This document shows positions 22,959-34,190 of a DNA stretch of 64,000 nt, one piece after another (the first letter of the stretch is position 1; each line of letters starts with the position of its first letter). Origin of the DNA: Macrostomum lignano (taxonomy: Eukaryota); assembly GCA_002269645.1 (NCBI GenBank), contig NIVC01000140.1, positions 372,001 to 436,000 of the forward strand, in the 5' to 3' direction. Under the pieces are notes generated by a model. That model was not told where the DNA came from. It ran no database searches and worked only from the letters and a program-made list of their open reading frames with translations. Position numbers and translations under genes: made by a program.

Positions 22959-24527
22959 CTAGCTATCTGCGAAGATTGTGACATCAGCATCATCCCGGGC
23001 CTACAGCTGCGAGGCACTAAGCCGATTCGGTCACTGTGGATTACCTGGTCTCCGGCTGTTGAGTTTCTGATTGGTTGGGTGAGAGGCTACCTAGACTTGC
23101 TTGATTGGGTGACCCCTTATCTGTCCCCTATTTCAGTAGCTGGATTAGACGCACACTTCTGCTCATTTTGTTCAGCAGTGCTGTTATTGAGACAGAAATC
23201 ATTCAATAATACTGTTAATAGTCTGAAACTCCAATTCAATCTGAGGTGTGAAGTGATTTAAGGAGGAGGTTAAATCTGACAGTTATTTTATCGGTTTTAT
23301 TTCTCTGTTCGCCGATGACTCAGATGAGTAGCTAAGCTAGTAGGCGCCGGTTACAGTGGACCAATGGCAAGGCGATTCTCAGTCAACCAATCTATCAAAT
23401 CAATGAGCAAAATTGCCAATAGTGCAAAATCGGCGCTAGAGATGTACTCTGTGCACTCTAGGTCCGCCAAGCGGCTCGGGTAATGAATCATGCGGTCTCC
23501 GATGTTCGAGTTAGCCTATCATCAGCGCTATGAGAGGCTAGTTGGCGCGTTGAAGGCCAAAAGTACATATCTTCGTATTTAGCAATGTAATAGTACATGT
23601 AGCTACCCCATAGTCTCGCCACTGCAAGAATCCCCTGCACAAGTCCCCTCTGTACCTGCATGGCCAATGCGATCTAGTCCCAGCAGTGTCCCTTATTATC
23701 GGCTATGACTTCGAGATTGACAGCAAAACGACACTAGTTGGCAGGTGAGTGCTAAGCCCCCTCTAGTCGGAAGCCCGATTTCGAAAGTTCCGGTTTGGTG
23801 AGCCAGGGCGCACGGGCTGGTGGCAGCAAGTTAGTTAATCGGCGGATTGGCTGATCTCTACCTTCAAAATTCTCCCTGCTTGTCTCTCGCTGTCCCTCTC
23901 TTAGCTATAGGACCTAGACTGCTCGCCACACGATCAAGCTACCATGGGGCTGACCATCTGACAGGAGTGGGGGCCAGGACTCTAATTGATTTATTTCTGA
24001 GACCTGAGGCCCGAAGGCTTCCCCAAAAGGGGGCCGAAAGGCCGAAACCCATCAGAAGGAAACATAAAAAAACGTTACGATGCGTTTCAATTATTGACAA
24101 GATTTTATTAACACAGGTTGTCTTTATAAAGTTCCTCTTCTGAGCTTACCTTACTGAATCTACTGGTACATGTAGGCTTTGACTTCAAACTAGCCTTCCA
24201 TTGTCATCGATCAATGACTTCTCAGACACAAAATAGAAAGATCCATTTTCAAGAAATGCATTTACGAATTAAATAGAGTAGTAATACTGAAACCTCTAAA
24301 TATCGGTTATGCTTAAAACCGGTAAAAATGCGTGCCTCTATCTGATTTGCGTAACAGTAAGCAAGCGGACATCTGATCTTCCATGCAGTCAAGCGGGACA
24401 TCCGCTGTAGTCGATGCCAGCAGGTTTGTCCTGCTTCAAACCGCTGCACGGCTTCGCCATTGCCTCCATCATCATCCGCCTGGGCTTGCTGGTGCTGAGC
24501 CTCTGGGTGTCACAGCTGTACGCACCC

Positions 24528-24722
24528 GTACAGCAATCTGACGTCTCGGCGACGTCAGCTGACGTTGCCGACGTCGATGACAGATATGTACTTTTACATT
24601 GCACACCGACGTTCAGTCGACGCATGATGTCGTTAACCGTCGATGAAATGTAAAAGCGCATATATTTGTCATCGACGTCAGGAACTTCGGCCAGACGTCG
24701 CCGCGACGTCAGATTGCTGTAC
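24528..24722. repeat. Imperfect inverted repeat (73/76-bp arms, 46-nt loop)
   Basis: GTACAGCAATCTGACGTC...TTTTACATT (24528-24600) pairs with AATGTAAAAG...GACGTCAGATTGCTGTAC (24647-24722). Confidence 0.85.
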
Positions 24723-24727
24723 AGGCA

Positions 24728-24825
24728 CGGTGTCACTGCACACGTCACACGGTGTCACTGCACACAGTGTCACTGCACACAGTGTCATTGCACACAGTGT
24801 CACTGCACACACGGTGTCACTGTAC
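24728..24825. repeat. Short tandem repeat, 15-bp unit, ~5-6 copies
   Basis: GTGTCACTGCACACA in tandem. Confidence 0.85.
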
Positions 24826-25036
24826 ACAGGACTAAACCACACCGCTCAAGTTTGACTCAACCGCGCCAGCCAAACAGTGGCGACACACTTTGACGTGCCA
24901 GCCCGGCCACTATTCATCACAAATCGATCATGAAAATTTTATACATATGGACGCCTCCATAGACTGCAAATATGTTTATTTCTGTTCATCGGATCTATAC
25001 TGTCATCAATTTGGACACTGCCAGTGTCTTTTAAAT

Positions 25037-25649
25037 GTGATCAGAGTGGGTGAGCTTGCATGGTGGGAAGCTGTCCCTGTGATCAGAGTGGGTGAGCTTG
25101 CATGGTGGGAAGCTGTCCGTGTGATCAGAGTGGGTGAGCTTGCATGGTGGGAAGCTGTCCCTGTGATCAGAGTGGGTGAGCTTGCATGGTGGGAAGCTGT
25201 CCGTGTGATCAGAGTGGGTGAGCTTGCATGGTGGGAAGCTGTCCCTGTGATCAGAGTGGGTGAGCTTGCATGGTGGGAAGCTGTCCCTATGATCACAGTG
25301 GGTGAGCTTGCATGGTGGGAAGCTGTCCCTATGATCAGAGTGGGTGAGCTTGCATGGTGGGAAGCTGTCCCTGTGATCAGAGTGGGTGAGCTTGCATGGT
25401 GGGAAGCTGTCCCTATGATCAGAGTGGGTGAGCTTGCATGGTGGGAAGCTGTCCTTGTGATCAGAGTGGGTGAGCTTGCATGGTGGGAAGCTGTCCGTGT
25501 GATCAGAGTGGGTGAGCTTGCATGGTGGGAAGCTGTCCCTGTGATCAGAGTGGGTGAGCTTGCATGGTGGGAAGCTGTCCCTATGATCACAGTGGGTGAG
25601 CTTGCATGGTGGGAAGCTGTCCTTGTGATCAGAGTGGGTGAGCTTGCAT
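25037..25649. repeat. Minisatellite, 42-bp unit, ~14.5 copies
   Basis: GTGATCAGAGTGGGTGAGCTTGCATGGTGGGAAGCTGTCCCT in tandem. Confidence 0.97.
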
Positions 25650-26595
25650 AACTATCTAATTATTGATGGCCGCGCTTCAATGTTTGCCTTCCATTCACTC
25701 TTAAAATGAGCATGTAGAAGCACGAGCTGAGCTTTAAGAAAGAATTTAATGATTAATTAAAATATTTAATATCGAATATTTTCGAAATTGTATGATATCG
25801 GTATATTAAATGAAATGATTTAGGCACACGTAAAACGTAAACATGGCAAAAAGATAATTAGGAAAGTTAATTATTGGTTTACAAAATGATTTTTGTTTCT
25901 AAGTTCCTTCTGCTAATGGATGAATCGGCTTCAAGGGAAAAAGCATGTAGCTACAGCATGCACTACCGTTACCTGCAGTCCCGACTGACCAGGCAAAGCA
26001 GTCGGCAGACCCAAAGCAAAAATGTATACACGTAGAATTTTTAGGGAGGTATTTTAAAAAAAGAAAATGGTCACCCCAGATGTTCACTCAATATAGTCAA
26101 TAGATCAAATTTGTCTGGAGAGACTGCCACAAAAATACCGTTTTTCTTATTTTCATGCTGCTTTATGCCGATTTATGCCGATTTATGCTTTTCCCTGGCC
26201 GCCATTCGCCAATTCGTCTCATTTCAATTTCTTTTTAAACTTCAACACCACTTTGCCCTTCATCGGATCTTTTTTGTTGTTATTTTCTGCCAAATTTCTT
26301 ACTTGCTTTTGAAATCTACAAAGACGTTCCCGCGACCAAAACAGAGAATTGGTAAAACAAAATTAAATAGGATGCACGCTTTAAAACCTCATTTACAACA
26401 TCATTCAACAACGCAAAAGTGTAAAGTTTTAGGATGCTATTAAGTAAGCATAACAGTAAACTACGAGTTTATACAAAATTAACCAAAAGAATTAATGTTT
26501 TTAACTCGAAAAAGTTGACAGTTAAGATCACAATCTGAGAAACAATAAACGTGAAGTAGTTATTGACAGACAGTCACGCATGGGAGGCTGCCAGC

Positions 26596-29463
26596 TCAGT
26601 CCATGTTTACCAGCATTATAGCGCTGATGGGGCTGCGACAGAGCGGGCACGTGTCCAGGTTTTTGGCACACCTGGAGCAGCAGCACAGATGATTGCAGTT
26701 TAACAATGTCACATTGATGATGCTGTCCATGCACACTTTGCAGGCTCTCCAGTCCAGCTCCTCATCGCCCAGCGGCTTGGGCTCCCGGTTGCTGATCAGA
26801 GACTGGTCCCGCTGGGCCCGCTCGAAAAACTCGCGGCCGCTGAGTCCCTGCGAGTGGCGCTGCCTGAGCTGCGTCAGGGTGCTCTCCAGGAACAGCTCGC
26901 TGCTCTGAAAGTCGTCGCCGGCGGTCTTCAGCTGGAGGAACTGCGCAGTCTTGGCGTCATCGGGGTCGCAGCCCAGCTGCAGGAGGCCCAGCGCGGGCGG
27001 GAAGTCCTCGCGTGCTTTGAAGAAGCGCGGCTCGATGCGGTAGTCGACCAGAGAGGCGGTGGCGGACGGCGCCGACGGGTCCGCGGCGATTGGCGCCGTC
27101 TCGCTCGCGGCCGGCAGCGGCTGCAGCGTGTAGGGCGGGTGGCGGGCACGGCTGTACAGCACGAAGGCGTGCCCGCGCTCCAGCAGCAGGTGGCAGCAGC
27201 GTGGCGACCACCGGGCGTGCTCAACCCAGGGATCGTCCTCCCCAGCCCAGTGCAGGACGCGCAGGCCGCACCAGTGGCAGGCGGTGGAGCCCAGCGGCTG
27301 GCCAGCCAGCGGGAAGAATCCCGCATCGGCCAGCTGGTCGGCCGGCACCGGGCGAACGGAGCCGGACAGGCGGGCGAGCGCCTCCTGACGGCAGCGGCGG
27401 TCCCGCCAGGCGGGGTGGCACATGGGATGGTAGGTGGCGGCCTTACCACTGCCGGCAGCGATCTGCAGGCTGCGGGCCAGCAGTTCCAGATTTCCAGCAG
27501 CAGTCGGACTGCAGGCAGCAGCGGCTGTGGCGGAGGACACCGGCGGGCGCGGCCGCCTGCTGAGTTGGGCCTCGCGCTCCAGCTCCGAGTCCGCCTGCTG
27601 GAGTGGCGCAGCAATGGCGGACAGATTCTCAGCGGCAATGGCGGCAGTGCTGGCAGGCTGGCTGTCAGATTCGGCAGTGGCAGCCACAGGGACCACCTCG
27701 GCCTCGGTGCACTGGGTGGACAGCCTGACTTTGGCATCCTCGGGCTTCTGGATTGGCACATTGCCAACATCCAGGCTGAGCAGCATGGGGCAGGTGGCAA
27801 ATCGCAGGCGGTGGGCTTCAGCCACATCCTCATTTGGGTCCCAGTTGAACAAAGTGCCCAGACAGAAAGCGCATTTCACCCGATCCACTTCCTGCATTTG
27901 ATAAAGATTGTTAATTATGTGAATATAGCTAAATATAGTGAGCTATTAGTTATATGAAAAGATAGACTTATTTGATACCATCTTTTTCCTATACAATAAT
28001 TTATATCTTATTGACTCTGATCTATTAATTTTAATGATATTATGCATTAAATTTGCTTGATCTGCATTAGCTCTTTATGCAATATAAGCCATGAGCTACA
28101 CAAACAGTAAGCACAATGTAGCAGACTATAAATTAGACTTTTCAAGGGTTGGGGCAAATATGGTATGGCACAGTGGCGCAACCAGGGGGGGGGGGCGGGG
28201 GGGGGCGGTCGCCCCCCCCCCTTAGGCGGGGGACCGAAAAAAAACCAAAGGGGGGACCAAGCGAATTTTCGCCAAAAACAGAGCCACCCCTCCGCCACCC
28301 CCCCTCCCGGGACTTTACCCTCAGAATCCGCCCCCCCCCTTGAAAAATTTCTGGTTGCGCTACTGGTATGGCATGAGCCTAGTTATGGTAGATGGCATAA
28401 TAGTTAAGTATAAGCCAAGTTATTGCAAGAAAGCATTTATTGGGCTTATGCTCAACTACTATGCTATCTGCCCTAACTTCTGGAAGGTTGGTTCATATTC
28501 TAATAAAAATTGATATATATATAAGAAAATTTAATCTAGGGCTAGGCTAAACTAGAGGAATAGACTAGTTGGTATAATAAATGGAAATACTATACTTATA
28601 TTATGCATAAATAAATAGGAATGTTAGGCCCTACTAATGAATAGTAAGAAATATTCACACATTTATTGAGACATTCTGAGACATCCATATATTTAAAATA
28701 CATGATCTATTTATAACATTCAAATATTTACCTGTAAGTAGAAAAAACCATTTGCTGCCAGTGTCTCTGGTTTTTGACCAGTCTTGAATTTAACTTGCTT
28801 GCCACTTAGGTTGAATGAAGATAACCGATTTACTTCATATTTCATATTTGATTTTTCTATAGGAATACCAGCAGGTAGGTGGCTCATGTCAAATGGTCGA
28901 TCTTTGAAATTCAAAATTTGTGGCTCACATTGGACTGATATAGACCTTCTAGGAGAAAGCTGCTTGTAATGCTTTAGTTGAATACAAAGCTTATAAGTAC
29001 TTACATAGCCTTTACTCACAACACTTTCTTGCAACTTCAGTAGTTTTTTGTCACAATAGAATTTATAACCTCTGCTTAAAGCTGCTATGATACAGTCAAG
29101 AATTCCTATTGATTTGATAAGAAGATCATCATCATTAGGTCTAGAAGCCACAGACACGCTGATTTTACTTCTGGATAAGTAGTCCATAAACCGGCGTATG
29201 GGATCAGCTTCACCTGCACGTCTTTCCAGAACTCGTGGATGCTCCCGTTTGCCATGTTTTTCGACAGAGTTTGAGGTACTTTTATTATCTTCACATAATT
29301 GATGCTGCTCAAGACTCAAATCTTGCTTGCCTTCCACTTGTGGAGACTTGTAATAATGATCGCTAAAATCGCTTGGTGCTGGTTTAATCCAACCTTGTAT
29401 TCTTCCATCATTACAGGCACCATGATTGGCATTATCGAATTGTAATGGAGCTCCGCTAGCCAT
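26596..29463 (-). CDS. Inhibitor of apoptosis (IAP/BIRC family): BIR-BIR-UBA-like-RING, ~675 aa
   Basis: Exons 29463-28732 and 27891-26596 join in phase 0 (ANGFFYLQ|EVDRVKCAFC) inside BIR1. BIR2 AGFF...CHWC...W...DDPWVEHARWSPRC. C-terminal RING CKVCMD...C.H..C..C....CPLCR. Confidence 0.92.
28171..28365. mobile_element. hAT-type MITE (195 bp) in the IAP intron
   Basis: TIRs CAGTGGCGCAACCAG and CTGGTTGCGCTACTG; perfect 8-bp TSD GTATGGCA at 28163-28170 and 28366-28373. Confidence 0.92.
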
Positions 29464-31921
29464 TGATTCCTTGATTGACGATAGCCTTTTAATCCGTTTC
29501 TTTCCGAATCGTTTGATTGTCCATGGAATTGCCGCGGAATATGGAACTAAACATTGCTAGCCTATCTACGAAAATGCAGGGCATTCCCCGGCAGTTCCAT
29601 GGCAAGACCGCATTATATTTTTGCAAGTTGTTACGAGCCAGCTTTACAGCGGACTACGATCAAACAAAAGCAAGAAATTTATTGATACACTGTGCAAGTA
29701 AAATAAACGAGTTTGATATAAACCTGTATAACGTACACTACACTAAAAACTGAACTTACAGTCATTCGAATAGATACTGGCGTACGAGTATGTACTCAAG
29801 TGAAGGGCTGATTCGTGGATATCATGTAGATTAGTGTACACTCGAGGATACATACAGGAAAATTGGAGGGAGCAACCCTGCTAACTAGCCGTTCCAAAAG
29901 TGTTACAGTAGGTCAGAAATCGTCAAAACGAGGCGAAAATAACTTTTAGTATACACTTGTACATGTGTATAGATCAGTTGGGCTGTGGCTTAATAGCGTA
30001 CGTGATGATGATGCAAAAAGCAATGATAGAGCTTATGTGTGGACACCATCAGCATCCTTCATGTTAAGTTTCAACTTGTCCAAACACTGTCGTTTTTGCT
30101 AGCTAAGAACAGAAAGCTAAAAACTTCAGAAACTGGTACAAAACATATTTTTGGAAAGAATTTAAGATGTACATTGTGACGTTGTCAGTTTAAGGTGGTC
30201 CCGAAAAGGGCCGTTGGACTGCTGTTTCTCTATAGTTTCAACCCTTCAGTTTCACCGTTTCAACTAAACTTTTCCATTTGTTTATTGCGACGTTTACTTG
30301 TAGTAGTGCCCAACGATTTTGTGGCAATTTCTAATTCACTGTATATTTTGCTATCCTCTCTCGCGACCGTATAAAATTGGCACGATCAATAATTTTAAGT
30401 TCTCTCGCCAGCCAATGAAATCACTCGTGCTCGCGCTACCCCCCTCTGCGCTCTTTTATTAAACCCCCCCGCCTGGCGGCGGGCACTCCACTCTCCTCTC
30501 TCTCTCACTTCTCGCTCTCCCTGTCTGTCCTTGGCCTTGTGTGTGTTTTTGCGTTCCTGTCTGGCTGCCTCGAGCCTCCTTATTTCTCACCACGGCCCCT
30601 CTGCCTGGGCCAGCCTGCTCACACACTTACTTGACTGTCTCACGCCACGACCGACGCCAAACTCGCCACTACGTTTCACTGCCTTCACGGTGCTCATAGC
30701 CACTGCTCACGTCACATCGCCATTGTGTCATTCGCCTGCCACTTGACTTCATATCCAAATTATATTCAACCCATTGTTGCAGCCGCCAGTGCCCAGAAAG
30801 CTATAGTCTGTTTATTGCCAGTAACAACCAAACTTAATACTGATATTAACAATAAAGACAACTACGGCAGTTCCTGCCTTTATCGCCAAGTGCTCCGCTA
30901 CACCATCCACTTCGCCTAAGTTGACTTCAACTTATTTTGGGACTAAAACGGCCCTTTTAAGGGTCACGGCCAACATCAAATAACGTGACATACATGTTCA
31001 CTCAAACAAGTCATCATCTTTCTCTCCACATCTCCTTACATTGGCGAAAGGCGTGCGTACGACTATAGTCTTTGTGGCTATATTTTGTCAGTCAGTAGTC
31101 TCGCTGCACCTTTTAATCAACAGCAGATTTCGATAGCAACTTGTTCAATTTTCTTTACTTTCCTCTAAAGTTTTATTTATAAACCTACACCAACCTACTC
31201 AAACCTACACCAGCTCAATCATGCATCTACCAGCTGTAGATTCCTATAGCGCATACGCTCGTATATGGGATCTTACTATTTTTGTAGCGCTAAATGTGAA
31301 ACAGAAACTTAGTATGAAAATATAAAAATCCATACTTGTGTGACATTTTCTCCACGAAAATGAACTGTTTGCGACTTGCCTTCGTCATTACACTTCAGTA
31401 GATATAGCTTGTTAACTTTTTGACGGCAATGCTCAAGATTTTTTCAAAGTAGGACAGCAATGCTTAGGTCTCCCGAGCTGCAAGGCCATGCATTGCTGAT
31501 TCATTCAGTGTCCTAATTAATTCAAAGCTGTGAGAAGCTATATCACGGAAATTTACTTCAGCATTATTTTCCCTGCCTCTCGTCTAGTTGTCAAAAAAAC
31601 AGTTTAAAAGCAACCAGGGGGTGCCAAAACTCCTCAAGTTGAGCTCAGAGAAGTCCATAGTCTTCAGGATCTCTTCTATACTCTACTCCTACATTTATTT
31701 GTCATTTTGAAACCAGCTGACGATGCGGAAGGCTAAAAATAGGCATTACCAGCCTTAGCTGATTTGGTCTATGGCTTCAGGCCCCTAGCTTCTGCAGCCT
31801 TCCCCTCGAATTTTGCTTCTCCTGCAAGTAGCATTGGAGCGCACGCACGCAAACAGAACCGTGCATGCAGAGTCGAGCGCAGTAGAAATTGCAGACTCCA
31901 GCACCGCAGGGTGGCTCGGTT

Positions 31922-33049
31922 ATGTCCAAGCCAAAAGATTCGAAGCAGTCGGATACCGGGTCAACCGACACTGCGGTGCAGAGGTCAATATTCGAGGCCG
32001 ACCTGAAGCAGTTAGCGCTGCGGCTGATGAGCATGAACACCTCCAGCAGTCACAACCATGTGCAGCTGTCCTCTGCCGAGTGCCTCACCGTCTGCCACTT
32101 GGCTGTTGAGAGCATGAAAACGAGAGACATCTGCCTCATGCTGCAGTCGCCTCTGAATGTGGTAGCGGATATTCACGGCCAGTTCCATGACCTGCTCCGA
32201 ATATTTGACTCGCTCGGCAAGCCGCCGGACTCGAAGTACCTGTTTCTCGGAGACTATGTGGACCGAGGCAAGTTCTCACTGGAAGTGATTATGCTACTGT
32301 TTGTGCAGATGCTGATGCACCCGAACTCCGTGTTCCTGCTGCGTGGCAACCATGAGACTGCCAGCGTCTGCTGCAGGTATGGCTTCAGGGCGGAAATTCA
32401 GCAGCGATTCTCCAAGATTCAGGCCAACCAGGTGCTTAGCGGCTTCATTCGCGCTTTCCATTGGATGCCGCTCTGCGCGATTGTCGACGGCCGAATCATC
32501 TGCTGCCACGGTGGGCTGTCGCCCTCGATGATGCTCAAGCCGTTCGATACGAATGGCAGCCGGCAGTTGAACCTGAATGCCCTCAGCAGCCAGCTGCACC
32601 GGCCTCTGGAACCCAAGCGATCGGGCCTGGCCATGGACCTCCTGTGGGCCGACCCGAATCCCGGCTCCACAATGGTCTACTTCAGCAACAGCAACGAGAT
32701 GAAAGAGGCCAAGTGGGTGCACAGCGCGCGCCGCCAGTGCTCGTTCCTGTTCTCGGGCGCCGCCTTGCAGCAGGTGCTGCGAATGTTCCGCGTCAAGCTG
32801 CTAGTGCGAGGCCACCAGATGGCGCAGGCCGGCTTTCGAGTGAGTCTGGATAGGCGCTGCATCACGCTGTTCAGCGCACCCGGCTACTGCGGCATCCAGA
32901 CCAACAGTGGCGGAGTGCTGCAGATCATCCAGTCAAGCAAAGAGGCCCGAGAGGCTGGCACCTTCTTTGTGATGAAGCCAACCAAGTGGGAGCAGTCCGA
33001 TTTGGAGCAGCTGTTCTGGACTGACATGACTGAAGGCCCTGGCGGATGA
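31922..33049 (+). CDS. Divergent PP1-like Ser/Thr phosphatase (PPP family), intronless, ~375 aa
   Basis: DIHGQ, GDYVDRG, RGNHE, HGG, DLLWADP, RGHQ and FSAPGYCG motifs all present. Start at ATG 31922 inferred. Confidence 0.92.
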   Translation: MSKPKDSKQSDTGSTDTAVQRSIFEADLKQLALRLMSMNTSSSHNHVQLSSAECLTVCHLAVESMKTRDICLMLQSPLNVVADIHGQFHDLLRIFDSLGKPPDSKYLFLGDYVDRGKFSLEVIMLLFVQMLMHPNSVFLLRGNHETASVCCRYGFRAEIQQRFSKIQANQVLSGFIRAFHWMPLCAIVDGRIICCHGGLSPSMMLKPFDTNGSRQLNLNALSSQLHRPLEPKRSGLAMDLLWADPNPGSTMVYFSNSNEMKEAKWVHSARRQCSFLFSGAALQQVLRMFRVKLLVRGHQMAQAGFRVSLDRRCITLFSAPGYCGIQTNSGGVLQIIQSSKEAREAGTFFVMKPTKWEQSDLEQLFWTDMTEGPGG

Positions 33050-33896
33050 TTGGCGTTAACCATCCTCATTTTTGTGTTTTTTGTATGGGGCTTAGCACAT
33101 TGTACTTTTAAGGCGCAGAGCTGTGCGCTCAAACCATTTTTTTTGTAAAATACATAATGAGTTCTCTACTTTTCAAAAAATGATCCACGATTTTGTGGCA
33201 ATTTCTCTGGTGAATGAATGACTTTTAGCTTTAATAGTTGCGCAGTTTGTTGATCGTGAAATGGAATCAAATCCAGCTGTTTATGATTGTACAAGCCATG
33301 CTCGAAATTCAAATAATATCGTAAAGCATTTAGGAAGCTGATCTGCAGCTTTGTCCAGTCAGTCAGGTTCGGGTTGTAATTCAGTGTATTTTTTCAGTGA
33401 ACCAAAGTAAAAATAATTTGCGAATAAAGCAGAGTGCAGTCAAGAAGCTACCAGCGGAGCGCGGACGGAAAGCATGCATGTGGCAGACTGTTTATACACT
33501 CAAATTCTGTTGTATGGACTCGGTCCTCTTACTTCTAAGTGATAATCAGGTAAATATAGGTCAATAATAAATACAAAGAATACGAGGTGGCTATAATTCG
33601 GTAATAAGAGTATTAAAATATTCATAAACAGCAGGGTTTCGTGCTCGGTTCCGGAAACAAGAAATAATGCAATAGAATATTCTGCAGGACAGGGAGCAGA
33701 GGTGCAGTGATTATCATATCGAGAATACAACAGCTAATGCAACTATATGCTGCTGAAACTCTCCAGCTCGAACTCTTGTTCTGCCAACAACCTTAATTAG
33801 TCAGAAGTTCGGTCAGTACGATCAATCCAAGTTCAATAATCTTGTCATTTATGCAACTCTGAACTGCTCCATGCAGTCCATATGCAGTCAGTTCAG

Positions 33897-34159
33897 TCAT
33901 TTCCGCTGCTGACCGGAACTACTGGGCCGCGTCCTGGGCAACGCATGCGACTTGGTCGGCTCCGGCGTGCGAGGCAGCTTCGGCCGGCTGATGAAGGCTT
34001 CATCGGCTTTGCCTCCGACGCTACCACCGCCTTCGCCTCCGCCACCGCCGCCAGTGCCGGTCCGCGCCTTGCGGTCTCCCTGGCCAGTCCGTGGCCGGCT
34101 CTCCGTGCTGACCGGCCGCGAGTCACCGCCAGTCCGGGGTCTCCGGCCGGTGTCCTGCC

Positions 34160-34190
<31 letters not shown>

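Noticed and set aside
24890-25651. 253-aa VIRVGELAWWEAVP-repeat ORF and its antisense ORF
   Set aside because: Both strands are open only because the 42-bp unit lacks stops; no flanking gene structure.
26854-27957. Long antisense or alternative-frame ORFs over IAP (likewise over TIR, ARMC9, NUBPL, KIFAP3)
   Set aside because: Expected shadows of GC-rich coding sequence; no motifs.
30195-30965. Possible TIR element (AAAAGGGCCGTT at ~30205, AACGGCCCTTTT at ~30947)
   Set aside because: Only a 12-bp match, no TSD and no transposase; insufficient support.
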